Origin: Eledone cirrhosa
Taxonomy: Eukaryota
Length of the DNA: 64,000 nucleotides
Direction of reading: 5' to 3'
NCBI GenBank assembly: GCA_964016885.1
Contig: OZ024741.1
Span: 332,196,001-332,260,000, forward strand
A model generated the notes under the pieces. The model did not search any database and was not told the DNA's origin. It was given only the letters and a program-made list of their open reading frames with translations. Positions within the stretch are counted from its first letter, which is position 1. Every line of letters starts with the position of its first letter. The position numbers were made by a program, and so were the translations under genes. This document shows positions 1-13,281 of this stretch, in pieces.

Positions 1-174
1 TTCCAGTGTAAGAGATCTCCATAGAAAGACTCATGGTGCAATTATTTACATAAAAACCCCACTGTACCATCTTTATTGTCGTTTTAATGTAAGTCCTGTG
101 TTTAACTATATACCTTGTGGTATTTGTTCTGGTTCTTTACATCCTGAGTTCAAATTCTCCCTATCCCTCGATCA

Positions 175-690
175 ATTTTCTGGCTTCTGGGGCAGGGAAA
201 GCAAAGACAATTTAGTATTCTCATCAACCTTTACCTATGGTCATGAACCTTGGGTAATGACTGAAAGAATACAATTGCAGATACAAGTGGCTAAAATGGG
301 GTTTCTCCAGAGTCTTTAGAGTAAGCATTACTCAATAGAGTGCATAACTCAGAGATGAAAGAGTTGATCCAGGTAGAGCCACCACTTCACCGAATTGAGA
401 TATCATGGCTCCAATATTATGGACATGCGGTAAGAATGTCTCAGGAAAGAATCACTGGAGAGATTTCACAGACAAAACCAACTGGCAGGGCCCCCAGGGT
501 TAGATCCTGAGAAATATGATTCGATAACATCCATGAACTAGGTTGGTCTTGCTTGGGGGTACAGCCAGATTAATTAAAGATGGTAGCTTCTGACAAGACC
601 CACTTGAAGGAGTGTTTGAGGGCTCTGCCTCCACAACTTTTCCAGGAATAAGTGGCAAAAGAAGAATATTTTTATTAAGTAATGTTTCAA
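175..690 (+). mobile_element. Degenerate RTE-clade LINE 3' fragment
   Basis: ORF 98..319 contains TFTYGHEPWVMTERIQLQIQVAKMGFL, typical of the RTE post-RT region; downstream frames are broken; a related copy lies on the minus strand at ~12.3-12.8 kb. Confidence 0.7.
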
Positions 691-705
691 ACATCAGAAT
701 CACTT

Positions 706-868
706 TTAACATCCAGTACCACATGAAACCGTTAACATCCAGTACCACATGAAACTGTTAACATCCAATACCACATGAAATCGTTAACATCTAGTATCAC
801 ATGAAACTGTTAACATCCAATACCAGATGAAACTGTTAATATCTAGTACCACATGAAACCATTAACAA
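706..868. repeat. 26-bp minisatellite, about 6 copies
   Basis: Tandem ttaacatccagtaccacatgaaac(c/t)g units. Confidence 0.85.
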
Positions 869-1054
869 GAGTGTCTTGAAAAGTACAAAACTGTACACTG
901 ACTGTATCTTATTACTTTAAAACTGCAAATTTTCACATCAATATGTCAATTAGTAAAGATATTATAAATATTGAATGAACAAACCTGTTTTCAGATATTC
1001 ACATTTTCTGCTAAATCATTACAAGACATTAAGAGTTAATAAGGAAAAAGTTAT

Positions 1055-1605
1055 ATCATCATCATCATTTAACATCCACTTTCCCTGCTAGCATGAGTTA
1101 GATGTGTCTACATAGACCAAGTCAGTACTGAAGCAGGGCTACTGACCTGCCAAACAGGATGAGGGGTCTGCATCGCATGTATGGTCATGTTCTATCAAGT
1201 ACAGAGGAAAAGTTTGTTCTTTTGACACAAACTGAAGGATCCTCCTAACCACTTGCTTGGCAAGATTTCTACAACTGAATACCCTTCTTAACACCAACCA
1301 GTTTACAGCGTGTACTGGGTGCTTTTGTTGAGTATATCACCAACACTAAGTGTCATGTCCTTGACATAACTAAAGGATCCTTTTGTTTGGTAAGATTTCT
1401 GCAGCTGGATGCCCTTCATAACACCAATCACTTTACAGCATATACTAGGTGCTTTTATTATGCAAATAACCAGCACTAGAGAAGTTGTCATGTTTTTTAC
1501 ATGACTGAAGGGTCCTCCCATCCCTCTGGGTGGCAAGTTTTCTATGGCCTGATACCCTTCCTAACACCAACCACTTTACAACATGTGCTGGGTGCTTTTA
1601 TTGAT
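1055..1605 (-). mobile_element. RTE 3'UTR-derived repeat with internal triplication
   Basis: Begins with a (CAT)n tail and tttaacatccacttttcc; three copies of tttctacagctggatgcccttcctaacaccaaccactttacag. Confidence 0.6.
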
Positions 1606-2471
1606 TATTTGTAAATCTAATTAAAAGACATTGGCAGTGTATTTCCTAAAAAAGATAGTAATGGAATAGTTTTGTGCAATGCAATCACACTGCAATTATG
1701 TAATATAACACAGCAAAGGCAATTCATTTTTATGCAGCCAAACAAATAGCTTCTACACAATTTGTAAGAAATAGTTTTGAAATATACTTTAAATAATACT
1801 GAATCACTTTAAAATAAAAGACATATTTGTTAATGTATAACATAATATATAAAATGGTGAGTCGCGAGCTGGAAGACTGACAATGACAATGACGACAACA
1901 ACAATGGCAACAATGACAATGATGACAACTGCTGCAACAACAACAACAACAACCACAGCAACAACAACATCAACAGCAACAATGACAAGAACAAAAACAG
2001 CTACGACAACGATAACAACAGCAATGAAAACGATGACAACCACACCATCGACAACAAAAACTATAATTTTTATTGATGAGGATTTCCCATCATATAAGAA
2101 TAAGATTTTCTAAATCATAATTTCTTATAATTAACAAAAAAAAAACATAATTCCTATTACTATCGAAAAATATTATTTAAGATTCATATTTTTAGATATA
2201 TTTTTTTTAATTCATTCATATCTGTAATTTCTCACTTTATAAAAAGAAAAGAAAAAAATTATTTTATCTCGCTTATCCATTTCTTCATAGAAAACAATTT
2301 TAGATTTCTTATAAGGTGAAGAATTGATAAATGCTATCAGAAGATTAATGATAGCACCAATAGTTAATAAATGGTTATTGAAAAAGTGATTTATTGATGA
2401 TTTCTGGGAGGAAAGAAAGTCAAGAAAACCAAAAAAAGAAGCAATAGAAGAAAAAAAATATATATATATAC

Positions 2472-2552
<81 letters not shown>

Positions 2553-2774
2553 CATTCATATATGAAAAATAGATTTCTTTCTTTGTTTTTAATTTTGTTT
2601 TTTCAGATATTTTCCAATTGTGATAGCAGGAGCGGAATATTTTAATGAAGTATCTAATCAACACTTAATGAAGTGAGCTTTACTGATTGGTTTATGAAAT
2701 TGAGGAATTTTACAGAAATGCAATTAGAAATTAATTTTACTCTGTTGTAATTACAGCCACAAAAATTCCAAAGA

Positions 2775-2828
<54 letters not shown>

Positions 2829-2929
2829 GGATAAAGAAATCATTATTATTGTTATCATTATTGTTATTATTATTGTTATTATGGATAAAGAAATCGTCAT
2901 CATCATCCTTATCATCATCATCATCATCA

Positions 2930-2984
<55 letters not shown>

Positions 2985-3224
2985 ATAGTAGTAGTTGCTA
3001 CAAGATTCGTAATTTTAAATAAAAGATTTTTTTGATTTTTTTTACTTGAGATAAAATATTCTAAAAATATTAGAAAAATGTAATTATTTTCGAACAATAT
3101 TATTATAATTATGATATTCATAATAACCATATTCCCAACAATCATATTTATTCACCTCACCCCTTTCCCAACTAATAACTGTATTGAATAAAATATTTTT
3201 AATGCTGTAAATATATCACTGGAT

Positions 3225-3635
3225 AACAAAAGCCCAGTTTGGCACCCAAAGCCTTGTGAGTTAATATGGTAGACAGAAACATAAAGAAGCTTGTCAGTCA
3301 TATAGCAAAGGCCCAGTTTGTCATACAGTGACTTCTACTATATCCCTAGGTTGATCAAAATCCTGGGAATTAATTTGGGAGATAGAAACTTTATAAGAAG
3401 CCTGCCGTACATATACCACACATTTGAAACTATTGTCTTTTACTACATCTCCAGTCTGACCAAAACCGTATCAATTAATTTGGTAGATAGAAACTCTGTA
3501 AGAAGCCTGCTGTACATATATCTAAAACAAAGTTTGCCTCACATTTGAAACTAGTGTCTTCTATTATATCAACAGGTTAACCAAAACCTTGTGAATCAAT
3601 CTGGTAGATAGAAGCTGTAAGAAGCCTGTTATATT
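3225..3635 (+). mobile_element. Tandem SINE 3' segments
   Basis: About four repeats of ccaaagccttgtgagt...tggtagacagaaact...aagaagcc; the same family occurs at 27.0-27.3 kb and 43.5 kb. Confidence 0.6.
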
Positions 3636-3890
3636 CATAACAGAGGCCCGTTTGTCACTCAGGAAGATTGGACATGGAACCATTTACAGACCTGCCAACC
3701 ACTAAAAACCCAAACAGGGAGTATATTTTAAAAAAGTGGCAAAATGGGGAGATTTTACATAATGAAAGTTATTCCCATTTTCACAAGAGAAGACATTTCT
3801 CACCCAACACAAAGTGGGTGGGAGATCTCTCCATCGGACTGGGAGAGCTGACAGGTCTGCCATATAGCTGTTGAATTGTATTTCCTAATA

Positions 3891-4089
3891 CACGGGTCAG
3901 CTAAAAAGTTCATAGGCTGACTATAAAGTCTGACTATGTTAGAGCTGTGAAATCTTGCATACATTAATTTCAACTCTTCTTATTAATAACTGCATTGTTT
4001 TTTCCAGGGACTATGTTGTAAAATATATCTCATTAGGTCATTCCATGAGAGTATTTTGGTCAGCCTATGAACTTTACAGCCAACCCTCA
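3891..4089. mobile_element. Mariner-type MITE (~200 bp)
   Basis: TIR (c/t)gagggtcagctgaaaagttcataggctgac with inverted copy gtcagcctatgaactt...ccctca, TA flanks; same family at 9768, 23288, 46563, 47553. Confidence 0.85.
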
Positions 4090-4789
4090 TACATATGGGG
4101 TATACAACTTGAAAAAAAAATACTTTGTTAAAGATACAGTAACCATTAAAGATAACAGAAGTGTTTCTTGTTTCAAATGAGTTTTGTATTGATCATCATC
4201 ATTTTTATTATTTTACACCAGTAATTCACTGGGATAATTGCTGGCCTTGTGCCAAAAGTAGAAACAATTATTATTATTTTACATCCATTTAACCATTAAA
4301 AGGGCAGTGGGTTAGTAGTATTGGTAAAGTATCAGACAATATGCTTTGGGCAAAAGAGTTATGGCCTTTTATGTTCTGATTTCAAATCCTGCTTTGCCTT
4401 TCATCCTTACCAGGTTGATAAAATAAAGTACTAGTAATGCACTGGGGTCGATTTAATCGACTATCCTCTCTCCAAAATTTTTTAGTCTTATGCCTAAATC
4501 AGAAACCATTATTTTACATCCATTTTTCATGATGGGCTGGATGGGTTGCCACTATTCAAGACTGGATGGGTCAGACAATCCAGTCTTCCATTTATGCTCC
4601 ATTTGTGATGTGATCTCTACAGCAGGATATCCATCCAAACACCAACGACTTTACAGCATGTACTGGGTGCATTTCATTGAAGCACTGCACAAGAGACGTC
4701 ATGTTCCCAGCAAGATAAAAAGAGTTCTCTTAACTCTACATTGTGGCCATTGGAATACCAGCCATTTTTCAAACTGTACAAAGTGTACA

Positions 4790-5250
4790 CTACCACTTTA
4801 CAGAGTGTACTGTGTGTATTTTATTGTGACAATAACACTACCACTTTACAGAGTGTACTGTGTGTATTTTATTGTGACAATAACACTACTGCTTTCCTGA
4901 GTGTACTGGGTGTATTTTAATGTGACAACACTACCACTTTACAGAGTGTACAAGGTGTATTTTATTCTGACAACACTATCATTTTACAAATTTTACTGGG
5001 TGTATTTTATTGTGGCAACTCCATCATTTTAAAAGAAGTACTGGGTGTATTTTATTGTAACAACACTCGTTTTACAGAGTGTACTGGGTGTATTTTATAA
5101 AAACTACACTATTACTTTACAAGAGTACTGGGTGTACTTAATTGTGTCAATACTATCATTTTACAGTGTGTACTGGGCGTATTTTATTGTGACAACAATA
5201 TTATCCTTTTACAGAGTGTACTGGGTGTATTTTATTGTGTCATCAGTACT
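4790..5250. repeat. ~38-40 bp minisatellite derived from the RTE 3'UTR repeat
   Basis: Tandem accactttacagagtgtactgggtgtattttattgtgacaac units. Confidence 0.85.
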
Positions 5251-5891
5251 ATAGAAGTTGATATATTCTCTGCAAGAATTAAGCAGCCTTCTCATCCCTT
5301 AATTTTTCAAACACCAACTATTTTATAGAGTGTACAGGGTGCATTTTATCATAGCCCCAATACTAGCAAGATTAAGAAGTATTCACCAACAACCATTGAT
5401 AAATAGAAATAGAACTTTCATTTTCTGCATCTCTATGAAACAAATATAATCAGCTTTGCTTACATTGCTTAGCTTTTAAAATTTGAAAATAATATATCTA
5501 TCAGCAATTAACAGTTATTTGGCATTAAGCCATATAATTTGACGATGACAAATCTAATTGATGTATCATTAAATGTATATAAAATCATTGAGAGTATTGA
5601 ATTAGTTGATTAGCGTGCTGAAACTCTGGAATTTTCTCAGCAAATCTCAGTACACAACTTAATAATTAAAATTGCAGCATTTATTAGGATTGCATGAAAT
5701 ATATAAATCTGTGCTGCGCAAAAGAAGAACAAAAAGAAAAGAAAAGAACTTTATATATCAAGGAAAGAAAACATTTTGTATAAGCCATTAACGAATTATT
5801 TGTATATTTTTAAATCGGGTGTTCACTTTCAAACATTTTGTTTGTGTATACATATATACATACAGACATGTGTACACACACACGCACACAC

Positions 5892-5928
<37 letters not shown>

Positions 5929-6257
5929 GTAAGAAACAAACATACCCATTAAGTAACAAATATGGCTGTTGCTTTTACAAATTAAAAAAACTATAATTTA
6001 TTTTGTGTGATCAAATTTCATTTCATTTCATACAGTAAGTATGTACATAATAACATTTACTGCATTTTCAATCCATTATTTTCCCTCTGTGTGTGTTATT
6101 AGCACATATTAAAAGTTTAAGCAAATAATTTCTGCTTTCACCCTAAGTGGGATCATTTAAAACTAAAAAAAAAATCAATCTGTAAGCGCAAAAAAATTAG
6201 AACGAAATATTGCCTTTGGAAAATAGGAAGACATATATATATGTATATATACATATA

Positions 6258-7130
6258 CAGTGGTGGACTGGGTCAAAAAATATTGGTTGCCAGGAGATGA
6301 AGGGGGCCCACCTACATATAGAATGCTATCATTTAATTTTTATAATGAATAAATAACATTTTCAAAAAATACATAAGTGGAAACAAAACAGTACAATCAA
6401 ATTTATGCAGAAAAATATCTTACTTTCTCCAATAAAAAATATTATGTATTTTGCAAAATCGAGAGACTTTCAATAATGACCAGAAGTCGAACCTAAATAT
6501 TACTAATAGCTCTAGGAAAGCCATGAATGACACCACATCTTTTTAACTTTGATTTCGAAAGTAGGTTTATAATTATCAATTTTCATTATACTTTTGTAGC
6601 TGTCTCGGTGGCCTAGTTGGAGGAAGCATTGACGGTGGTGATCCTGGTCAGGAGTAGGTTTCCCAGAAAACCTTTTCAGTTATTTTTCCTATTTGTTGTA
6701 AAATAAAAACTGAAAAAGGTTACATGTACCTCTTGACCAGCATTAAACCCAAGGCCAGGACCTCCACTGTCTCTAGTACCTACTGCTAGGCCACAGAGAC
6801 AACAACAAAAATATTATGAAAATTCATACTTATAAACCTACTTTCAAAATTTTCAAAACAAAGTGTTGTGGTGTCTTTCATTTCTTACTTAATGTTATTG
6901 CTCCTACTTAAAGTCGACTTCTAAATCATTTGGGTGTTCCATAATCCTCGTTTTGTATCTCATCTATCTAGACTACATTTTAACCTGTAATCCATGTTTC
7001 ATTTCTGTTCCACTTCATTTCTCCCCCTCCTCTCTCTCTGTGATATTTGAATCTACTATGATGTGGGCTTACCTTATTCCTAAATATATGTTTTTGCATG
7101 TCAGTTCGATTCAAACTTACAATGATTGGC

Positions 7131-7133
<3 letters not shown>
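6258..7133 (+). mobile_element. Non-autonomous repeat with hAT-like CAGTGG terminus and two convergent tRNA-like cassettes
   Basis: Near full-length inverted copy at 38173-39102; partial copies at 7171-7382, 7459-7632 and 37531-37775. Confidence 0.75.
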
Positions 7134-7173
<40 letters not shown>

Positions 7174-7208
7174 CCAGATGAATGGGAGGCCACCTACATA
7201 TAGAATGC

Positions 7209-7378
7209 TATCATTTAATTTTTATAATGAATAAATAACATTTTCAAAAAATACATAAGTGGAAACAAAACAGTGCAATCAAATTTTTTGCGGAAAAATA
7301 ACTTACCTTCTCCAATAAAAAATATTATGTATTTTGCGAAATCCAGAGCCTTTCAATAATGACCGTTGGTCTTTCAAA

Positions 7379-7458
<80 letters not shown>

Positions 7459-7627
7459 TGAGTTTGAAAGACCAACGGTCATTATTGAAAGGCTCTGGAT
7501 TTCGCAAAATACATAATATTTTTTATTGGAGAAGGTAAGTTATTTTTCCGCAAAAAATTTGATTGCACTGTTTTGTTTCCACTTATGTATTTTTTGAAAA
7601 TGTTATTTATTCATTATAAAAATTAAA

Positions 7628-7632
<5 letters not shown>
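7209..7632. repeat. Inverted repeat, ~174-bp arms around a (TA)n spacer
   Basis: 7209-7382 is the reverse complement of 7459-7632, with no mismatch seen by eye. Confidence 0.9.
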
Positions 7633-7688
<56 letters not shown>

Positions 7689-7727
7689 ATTTGTTTTGCT
7701 AGTATTAAAACTACTCTAAAGGGTCAT

Positions 7728-9047
7728 ATGTTTAAATTTAACGAAAAGATTTACACCCAGAATGAGGGAGCAGCCATTGGTGTCAGCATATCTGGTGATG
7801 TTGCCAATCTATTTATGGTATGGTGGGAGAGGAGATTCAGAGAACTCTTTGAAGAGAACCCCATAGACCTCATCATGTACTCTCGTTACGTAGACAATAT
7901 TAATATAGTAATAAGAACACCCCCACAAGAGAGTACTAATAAACATGAATTAGAAAATAGCACAATGGAGAACATCCAGCAGATAGCTAACTCCATACAC
8001 CAGAGTGTAACTGCAACTCTTGACTACCCTTCCAAACACCCTAACAATAGACTACCAGTATTAGACACGGTTCTCTGGATTAACACTATAGATGAGAGGG
8101 CCCAAATTCTCCACTCATACTATGCTAAACGCATGGCCTCCAAATACCTGATACTCGAAAACGCAGCAATGTCCAGTAGTGCTAAGTTTAATATTCTGAT
8201 TGCAGACTTGGTAAGAGTGATGAAGAATGTGTCCCGCATGTGCGACCCAACTGAAATGGAAAGGCACATCCAACACTTCATCAATCACATGCAGTTCTCT
8301 GGCTACAACCAAAGAGACAGAATCAGAGTATACGAAGGAGCCACGGAGAAATATAAGACCCTCATAGAAATGGACATGAAAGGAATTTGCCCATTATACA
8401 GGAGCAAATCACGGAATAGCTTAGATAGGTCTAAACATAAGATAGGGAAAGCCACTTCATGGTACGACAACCAGAGATACCAGAGTGTCATGTTCATGGA
8501 TGCAGCCCCTGGAGGGAAATTAGCTAACCAATGTAGAAAAGCCCTAAGAAAGATCCATTTAAAGATTAAAGTGGTAGAAAAGCCAGGAACTACCATAAAA
8601 AACCTGATCAGAAAGACATACTCCTTTAAGAAAACCCACTGTACAAATAAGAAATGTGTTATATGTAAAATTAACCCCCAGATAAACTGTAAAACTATAA
8701 ATGTAGTCTATAGCATAGGATATACAGAGGGTACTTGCAGAAACATGACAACGATATACATGGGTGAAACAGCTCGAAGTATAGGAGAAAGAATAGACCA
8801 GCACTGGGGGGAACTAAAAGGACAAAAAAATAGTTCAGTACTATACAAACACGCCAGACAAAGACATGACGGTATAGACAACATAGAAATTAAAATAATA
8901 TCTAAGCATAGAAATGACTCAACAGGTAGGCAAATCAGAGAAGTAACCAAGATAGAACTAAGAAGACCGAAGTTGAACAGAAAGAATGAATGGAATATCA
9001 ACAACAACCATACCCAAACAAACAATACTGACTTAAGAGAAATATAA
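7728..9047 (+). pseudogene. Penelope-like ORF: C-terminal RT, thumb, Cys-rich linker, GIY-YIG endonuclease
   Basis: Motifs QNEGAAIG..ANLFM, SRYVDN (YVDD with D>N), LPVLD, CTNKKCVIC, NVVY..IYMGETAR..RIDQH, RQIRE..PKLNR; N-terminal RT motifs are missing. Confidence 0.88.
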
Positions 9048-9299
9048 ATAAATAAATATATACACATGTACAATTATAACAAACACACACACACACATAT
9101 AAACACACACTAGTGAACAAAGATAGAATACAAAAACAAAAACACATACACTCAAACGTGAACACACACACCAAACATTATACACACATGCAAACGCATG
9201 CGCAGAGACAGAGACAAGAATAAATAAATAAATTAATTAAAATAAAAACGGCTTAGATATTACAATACAATATAATACAATACAATGAGAGGAAACATA

Positions 9300-9353
9300 A
9301 TAGTACCACTGATGATGTTGCAGATGTGTGACGAAAGAACTTTGATAGACTAT
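9300..9353 (+). ncRNA. Hammerhead-ribozyme-like motif in the Penelope 3' pseudo-LTR
   Basis: CTGATGA(9309-15)-t-GTTGCA gatg TGTGAC-GAAA; stem II is 6 bp with two G-U pairs; stem I is weak. Confidence 0.6.
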
Positions 9354-9530
9354 ATATATTTATATCTCTATTTTTAACCGATGGTCAATCAATGATTAAC
9401 ATTGATTGCCAAATAAATTAACTATGGAGATATAAAAGATACAGAAATGAAAACCAACCCAAACCAAACAGTGATTGTGTTCTGTTAATATTTCTGGCAA
9501 TATTATAACAATATGACTCTCCCCAAGTAT

Positions 9531-9574
<44 letters not shown>

Positions 9575-9652
9575 CACCTTCACCACTAATTGATTTGACA
9601 GATGTCTTTAACCAAATATTATTTGGTCAGTAGTTCGGGTGTAAGTATATAA

Positions 9653-9717
<65 letters not shown>

Positions 9718-9767
9718 ATATATATATATATACATGTTAATTTTCTACAAAAGGGGTTAAACTTATA

Positions 9768-10006
9768 TGAGGGTCAGATGAAAAAGTTTGCTACTTAAAG
9801 CAGTTTATAAAGAGTATGAAGGTAGGCAGAAAAATTCATTGGCAAGGGGTGACGTTAGAGTTGTGAAATCTTGCATGCATTAATTTCAACTCTTCTTATT
9901 AATAACTGCATTGTTTCTTTCCAAGGACTATGTTGAAAAATAAACCTCATTTCGTCGTTCCATGAGAGTATCTTGGTCAGTCCATGAACTTTTCTTCCAA
10001 CCCTCA
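9768..10006. mobile_element. Mariner-type MITE, longer variant
   Basis: tgagggtcagatgaaaaagttt ... gaacttttcttccaaccctca with TA flanks. Confidence 0.8.
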
Positions 10007-10116
10007 TATTTCCACAATACCCATCTTTTCATCAAATGTTTAATCCAATTAACACAAACTTTCATGTATAATAACAAATACAGGTTTTGCAAATAATATT
10101 ACATTATCTGATCTAG

Positions 10117-10700
10117 CTAAAGAAGGCCAACTACTGTTAAAAAGAATGGAAATTGCAACTGTGCAAATTGGTCAACATCTAAAAGTTCATCGCTCTTAAA
10201 TAGCCTCCAGCTGACATCATTACTTTTAAAAGGGCACAAGCTAAAATAGGTGAGAGATTTCAGTCCTGGAAAACAAACTCTATGGGGGATATTAATGTTC
10301 ATATATCTCAAGCTTGGTTGGCATCTAACAAACTAGCAGCAATAATAGAAATCAAATTGAAACTTGAAGCATAGATTCTTCTGGGTTACAATAAAGTGTA
10401 CAGGGCCAAAACATTGGCATTAACAAAGGATCTCCAAAACTAGTTGGATTGTTCCAACCAAGATTGTTATAAGCACTACTCAACACATCATGAGGGGACC
10501 ATAAAACCATTGCTGATCTTTATGGCAATCTACCACCAATAGTAACTATGTTGCACCAACGAAGACTAAGATTCATTGGGCACTGTTGGAGAAAGACAGA
10601 TGAAGTAGTGCATTGGTTATTGCTGTGAAAACTTACTGATGGCAAACGATCCAGAGATAGATCCATACATACACTCCTTGCACAATATTTATTGTAAAAA
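10117..10700 (+). mobile_element. Highly degenerate RTE LINE fragment
   Basis: Broken frames encode DINVHISQAWLASNKL and YGNLPPIVTMLHQRRLRFIGHCWRKTDEVVHWLLL*, homologous to the 22.8 kb fragment. Confidence 0.7.
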
Positions 10701-11394
10701 TGTAGCAACTCTTTCTAATCACATTTGGGATTTAAGGGAGAGTAATACTATTATAAATATAAAGTGGACAATAATAAACACTGCCACCCTTTACATAAAT
10801 GCCACCAGCTAGTGCTTCTTTGTGTACACTATAGAAAAATCCAACATTATTATGCTACAAATATGCTTCATCAACGAAAGAAATGGTGCATATCATATTG
10901 CAGGCAGCAGAATAAGTTCATTTTTAAATATTGGTCTGAATATTCTAAACAGGGTAAATATGCAATTGATCGGTATCAACAAAGAGAGTAAGACAGTAAG
11001 CAGTGAAGCTACAATAAAACTAACACCAAAAGAACAACAACAAAAAAGACAGTAACACAAAAAGAAAAAGAATAATAAAAGTAGCTAGTGGCAAAAAAGA
11101 AAGCAATTTAGAAAAAAATCAGATGTATAATAGATGATGATGATCATCTGTAACATGAGACTCCTGTTTCTAAAAGAGCATGCAACCGAGTTTAATCCAT
11201 TTTATTATGAGAAAAGTAGAGAAATAAGTGTATTGCCACGTCAGCTGCTAAAACTGATTTGATGTATCAGGCTATTTCATTTGAATAAAAGATATTTCTG
11301 ATAAATCATAATGGAATATCACACAGCAAGAAGACACAGCAATAATTTCATTACATATATTGCTGTGATTTCCTTCTCAGAGCCTTTTCATTTT

Positions 11395-12030
11395 ACTACC
11401 ACCACCTTCACTATCGATATCACCACCATCACTACCATCATCATCACCATCATCATCATTACTGCCATCACCACAGCAACAACAAACATCAACATCGTCA
11501 CCAGCAGCACTTTCACAACCACTACCCTACCACCACAACCGCCACCACTACAATCATCATCCCCACTGCCATCATCACCACCACCACCACTACCATCATC
11601 ATCACTATCACCACTATCACTACCATCACTACCATCATCATCACTATCATTACCACAGTAACAATAATTGTGTTAATCACCATCACCAACTGCACTTTCG
11701 CTATCACTACCACAACCATCATCAAAACCGCTACCAGCCTCATCACCTTTGACACCACCACAACCTCTGCCACTACCACCATCATTGTCATCACCCTCAT
11801 CACTATCACTATTACCACAACCATTATCTCAACAACCACCACTGCCATTGTCACCACCAACACCATTACCCCACTGGTACCATCATCACAAACCCCATCA
11901 CTACTACCCCCACCATTATCCTGATCACCACCATTGTCATCACCAACACCATCGCTACTATCACAACCATTATCTCCATCATCACCAGCACCATCAATAT
12001 AACAACATTATCCCCACCACCATCACCATA
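11395..12030. repeat. Degenerate (CAC/CAT)n microsatellite
   Basis: Trinucleotide low-complexity tract that explains the poly-T/H/P ORFs. Confidence 0.9.
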
Positions 12031-12334
12031 TATATGTCTTACCATATTTTAGTAAATCTAACACACCACCACAATAACAGATATATCTCGAAGGCAAGAA
12101 ATCAAACCTCCTAAGCTCCTCCCTCCCCTCCCCCACCATTGCTCATGGCAATGCAGCTTGCAGTTTCCTTTTATTCTTTTACTGGTTTCAATCATTGGAT
12201 TGTGGACATGCTGGAGCACCACTGCAACCCTTTTGATACCAACAAGCTCCAAAACTGCCTCTGGTTCTATGAAATAAAACAACCCATCTTAAAGTGTTTC
12301 TATTTAAATTAAAACCTGTTTTTCATTCACTTAT

Positions 12335-12790
12335 TCCTGAGAGGATCGTTGGGGGCAGAGTCCTAGAGACTCCTTCCTGAGGGTCTTTTCAAAAGCAACC
12401 ATCTCCAACTGATCTGGCTGGATCCCTAAACGAGATCAGTCAAGCTCATGGATGTTATCCAACCATCTTGCTTGGAGTCTACATCTGGGTCTCCCACCTG
12501 TTGGTTTTGCCTGATCCTTTCCTGAGACATTCTAACCCATAGTATTGGAGCTGTGATCTCTCTCAATTTGGAGAAGCAGTGGCTCTTCCTGGAGCGACTC
12601 TCTGATCTCCAAGCTATGCACTCTATCAGTTAACGTTACTCCAAAGACTCATCGGAGGAATCCCATTTTGGCTGCTTGTATTTATGACCATATTCTTTCG
12701 GTCATTACTTAAGATTGGTGACCATAGGTAAGGGTTGGCAGGAATACTGAATTGAAGCTAGTGACTTTGGCTCTTACCCTACCTCCCTTC
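12335..12790 (-). mobile_element. Degenerate RTE LINE 3' fragment
   Basis: Reverse complement resembles 175-690 (cttacctatggtcacc..., atacaagcagccaaaatgggattcctcc). Confidence 0.65.
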
Positions 12791-13281
12791 TTTTAATTAC
12801 CGAATGCTGAAGCTAGCACATTAATTCAGCCTCATGCCTTCCATCACTCATGAAATTGTCCCCAAAATACTTATAATTTAAAACCTTCCAGCATAATTTT
12901 ATTCTTGTTAAGTTATGTTCTAAATACCATCTTGATAACAGATTCTGATATAGGTACAACCATATCGAACCCCTGTACTTATTTTTCAAGTTTGGTACAT
13001 ATTTTATCAATCTCTCTTTGTCAAACTACTATATTAAGGAACATAAATAGAAACAAGTGTAAGCACACTCACACACATGTTTGTATATTATAAGGATTCT
13101 CTGTGTGACAGTTAAACTTTTAGCATGCCGATAATGGTAAAGTCTGGGTAATTCCATGTTGTCTGAGATGATAACATAATATAATAATTAAGATATTTAT
13201 TATATACATACACATGTGTGTGCAAAAAGTAAATGGAAACAACAAACCAAACAATACAGTACAATGAAGAAATATATTAGT

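Larger units (their letters stand above)
7701..9535 (+). mobile_element. 5'-truncated Penelope-like retroelement with 3' pseudo-LTR, flanked by (TA)n
   Basis: RT + GIY-YIG ORF, then a 3' segment with an HHR-like motif that also occurs as a solo copy at 40.7-40.9 kb. Confidence 0.9.

Noticed and set aside
7728-9047. Selenocysteine-recoding Penelope variant or domesticated RT gene
   Set aside because: No in-frame TGA in the ORF; the RT is truncated and carries YVDN, and the flanks are those of an ordinary truncated insertion
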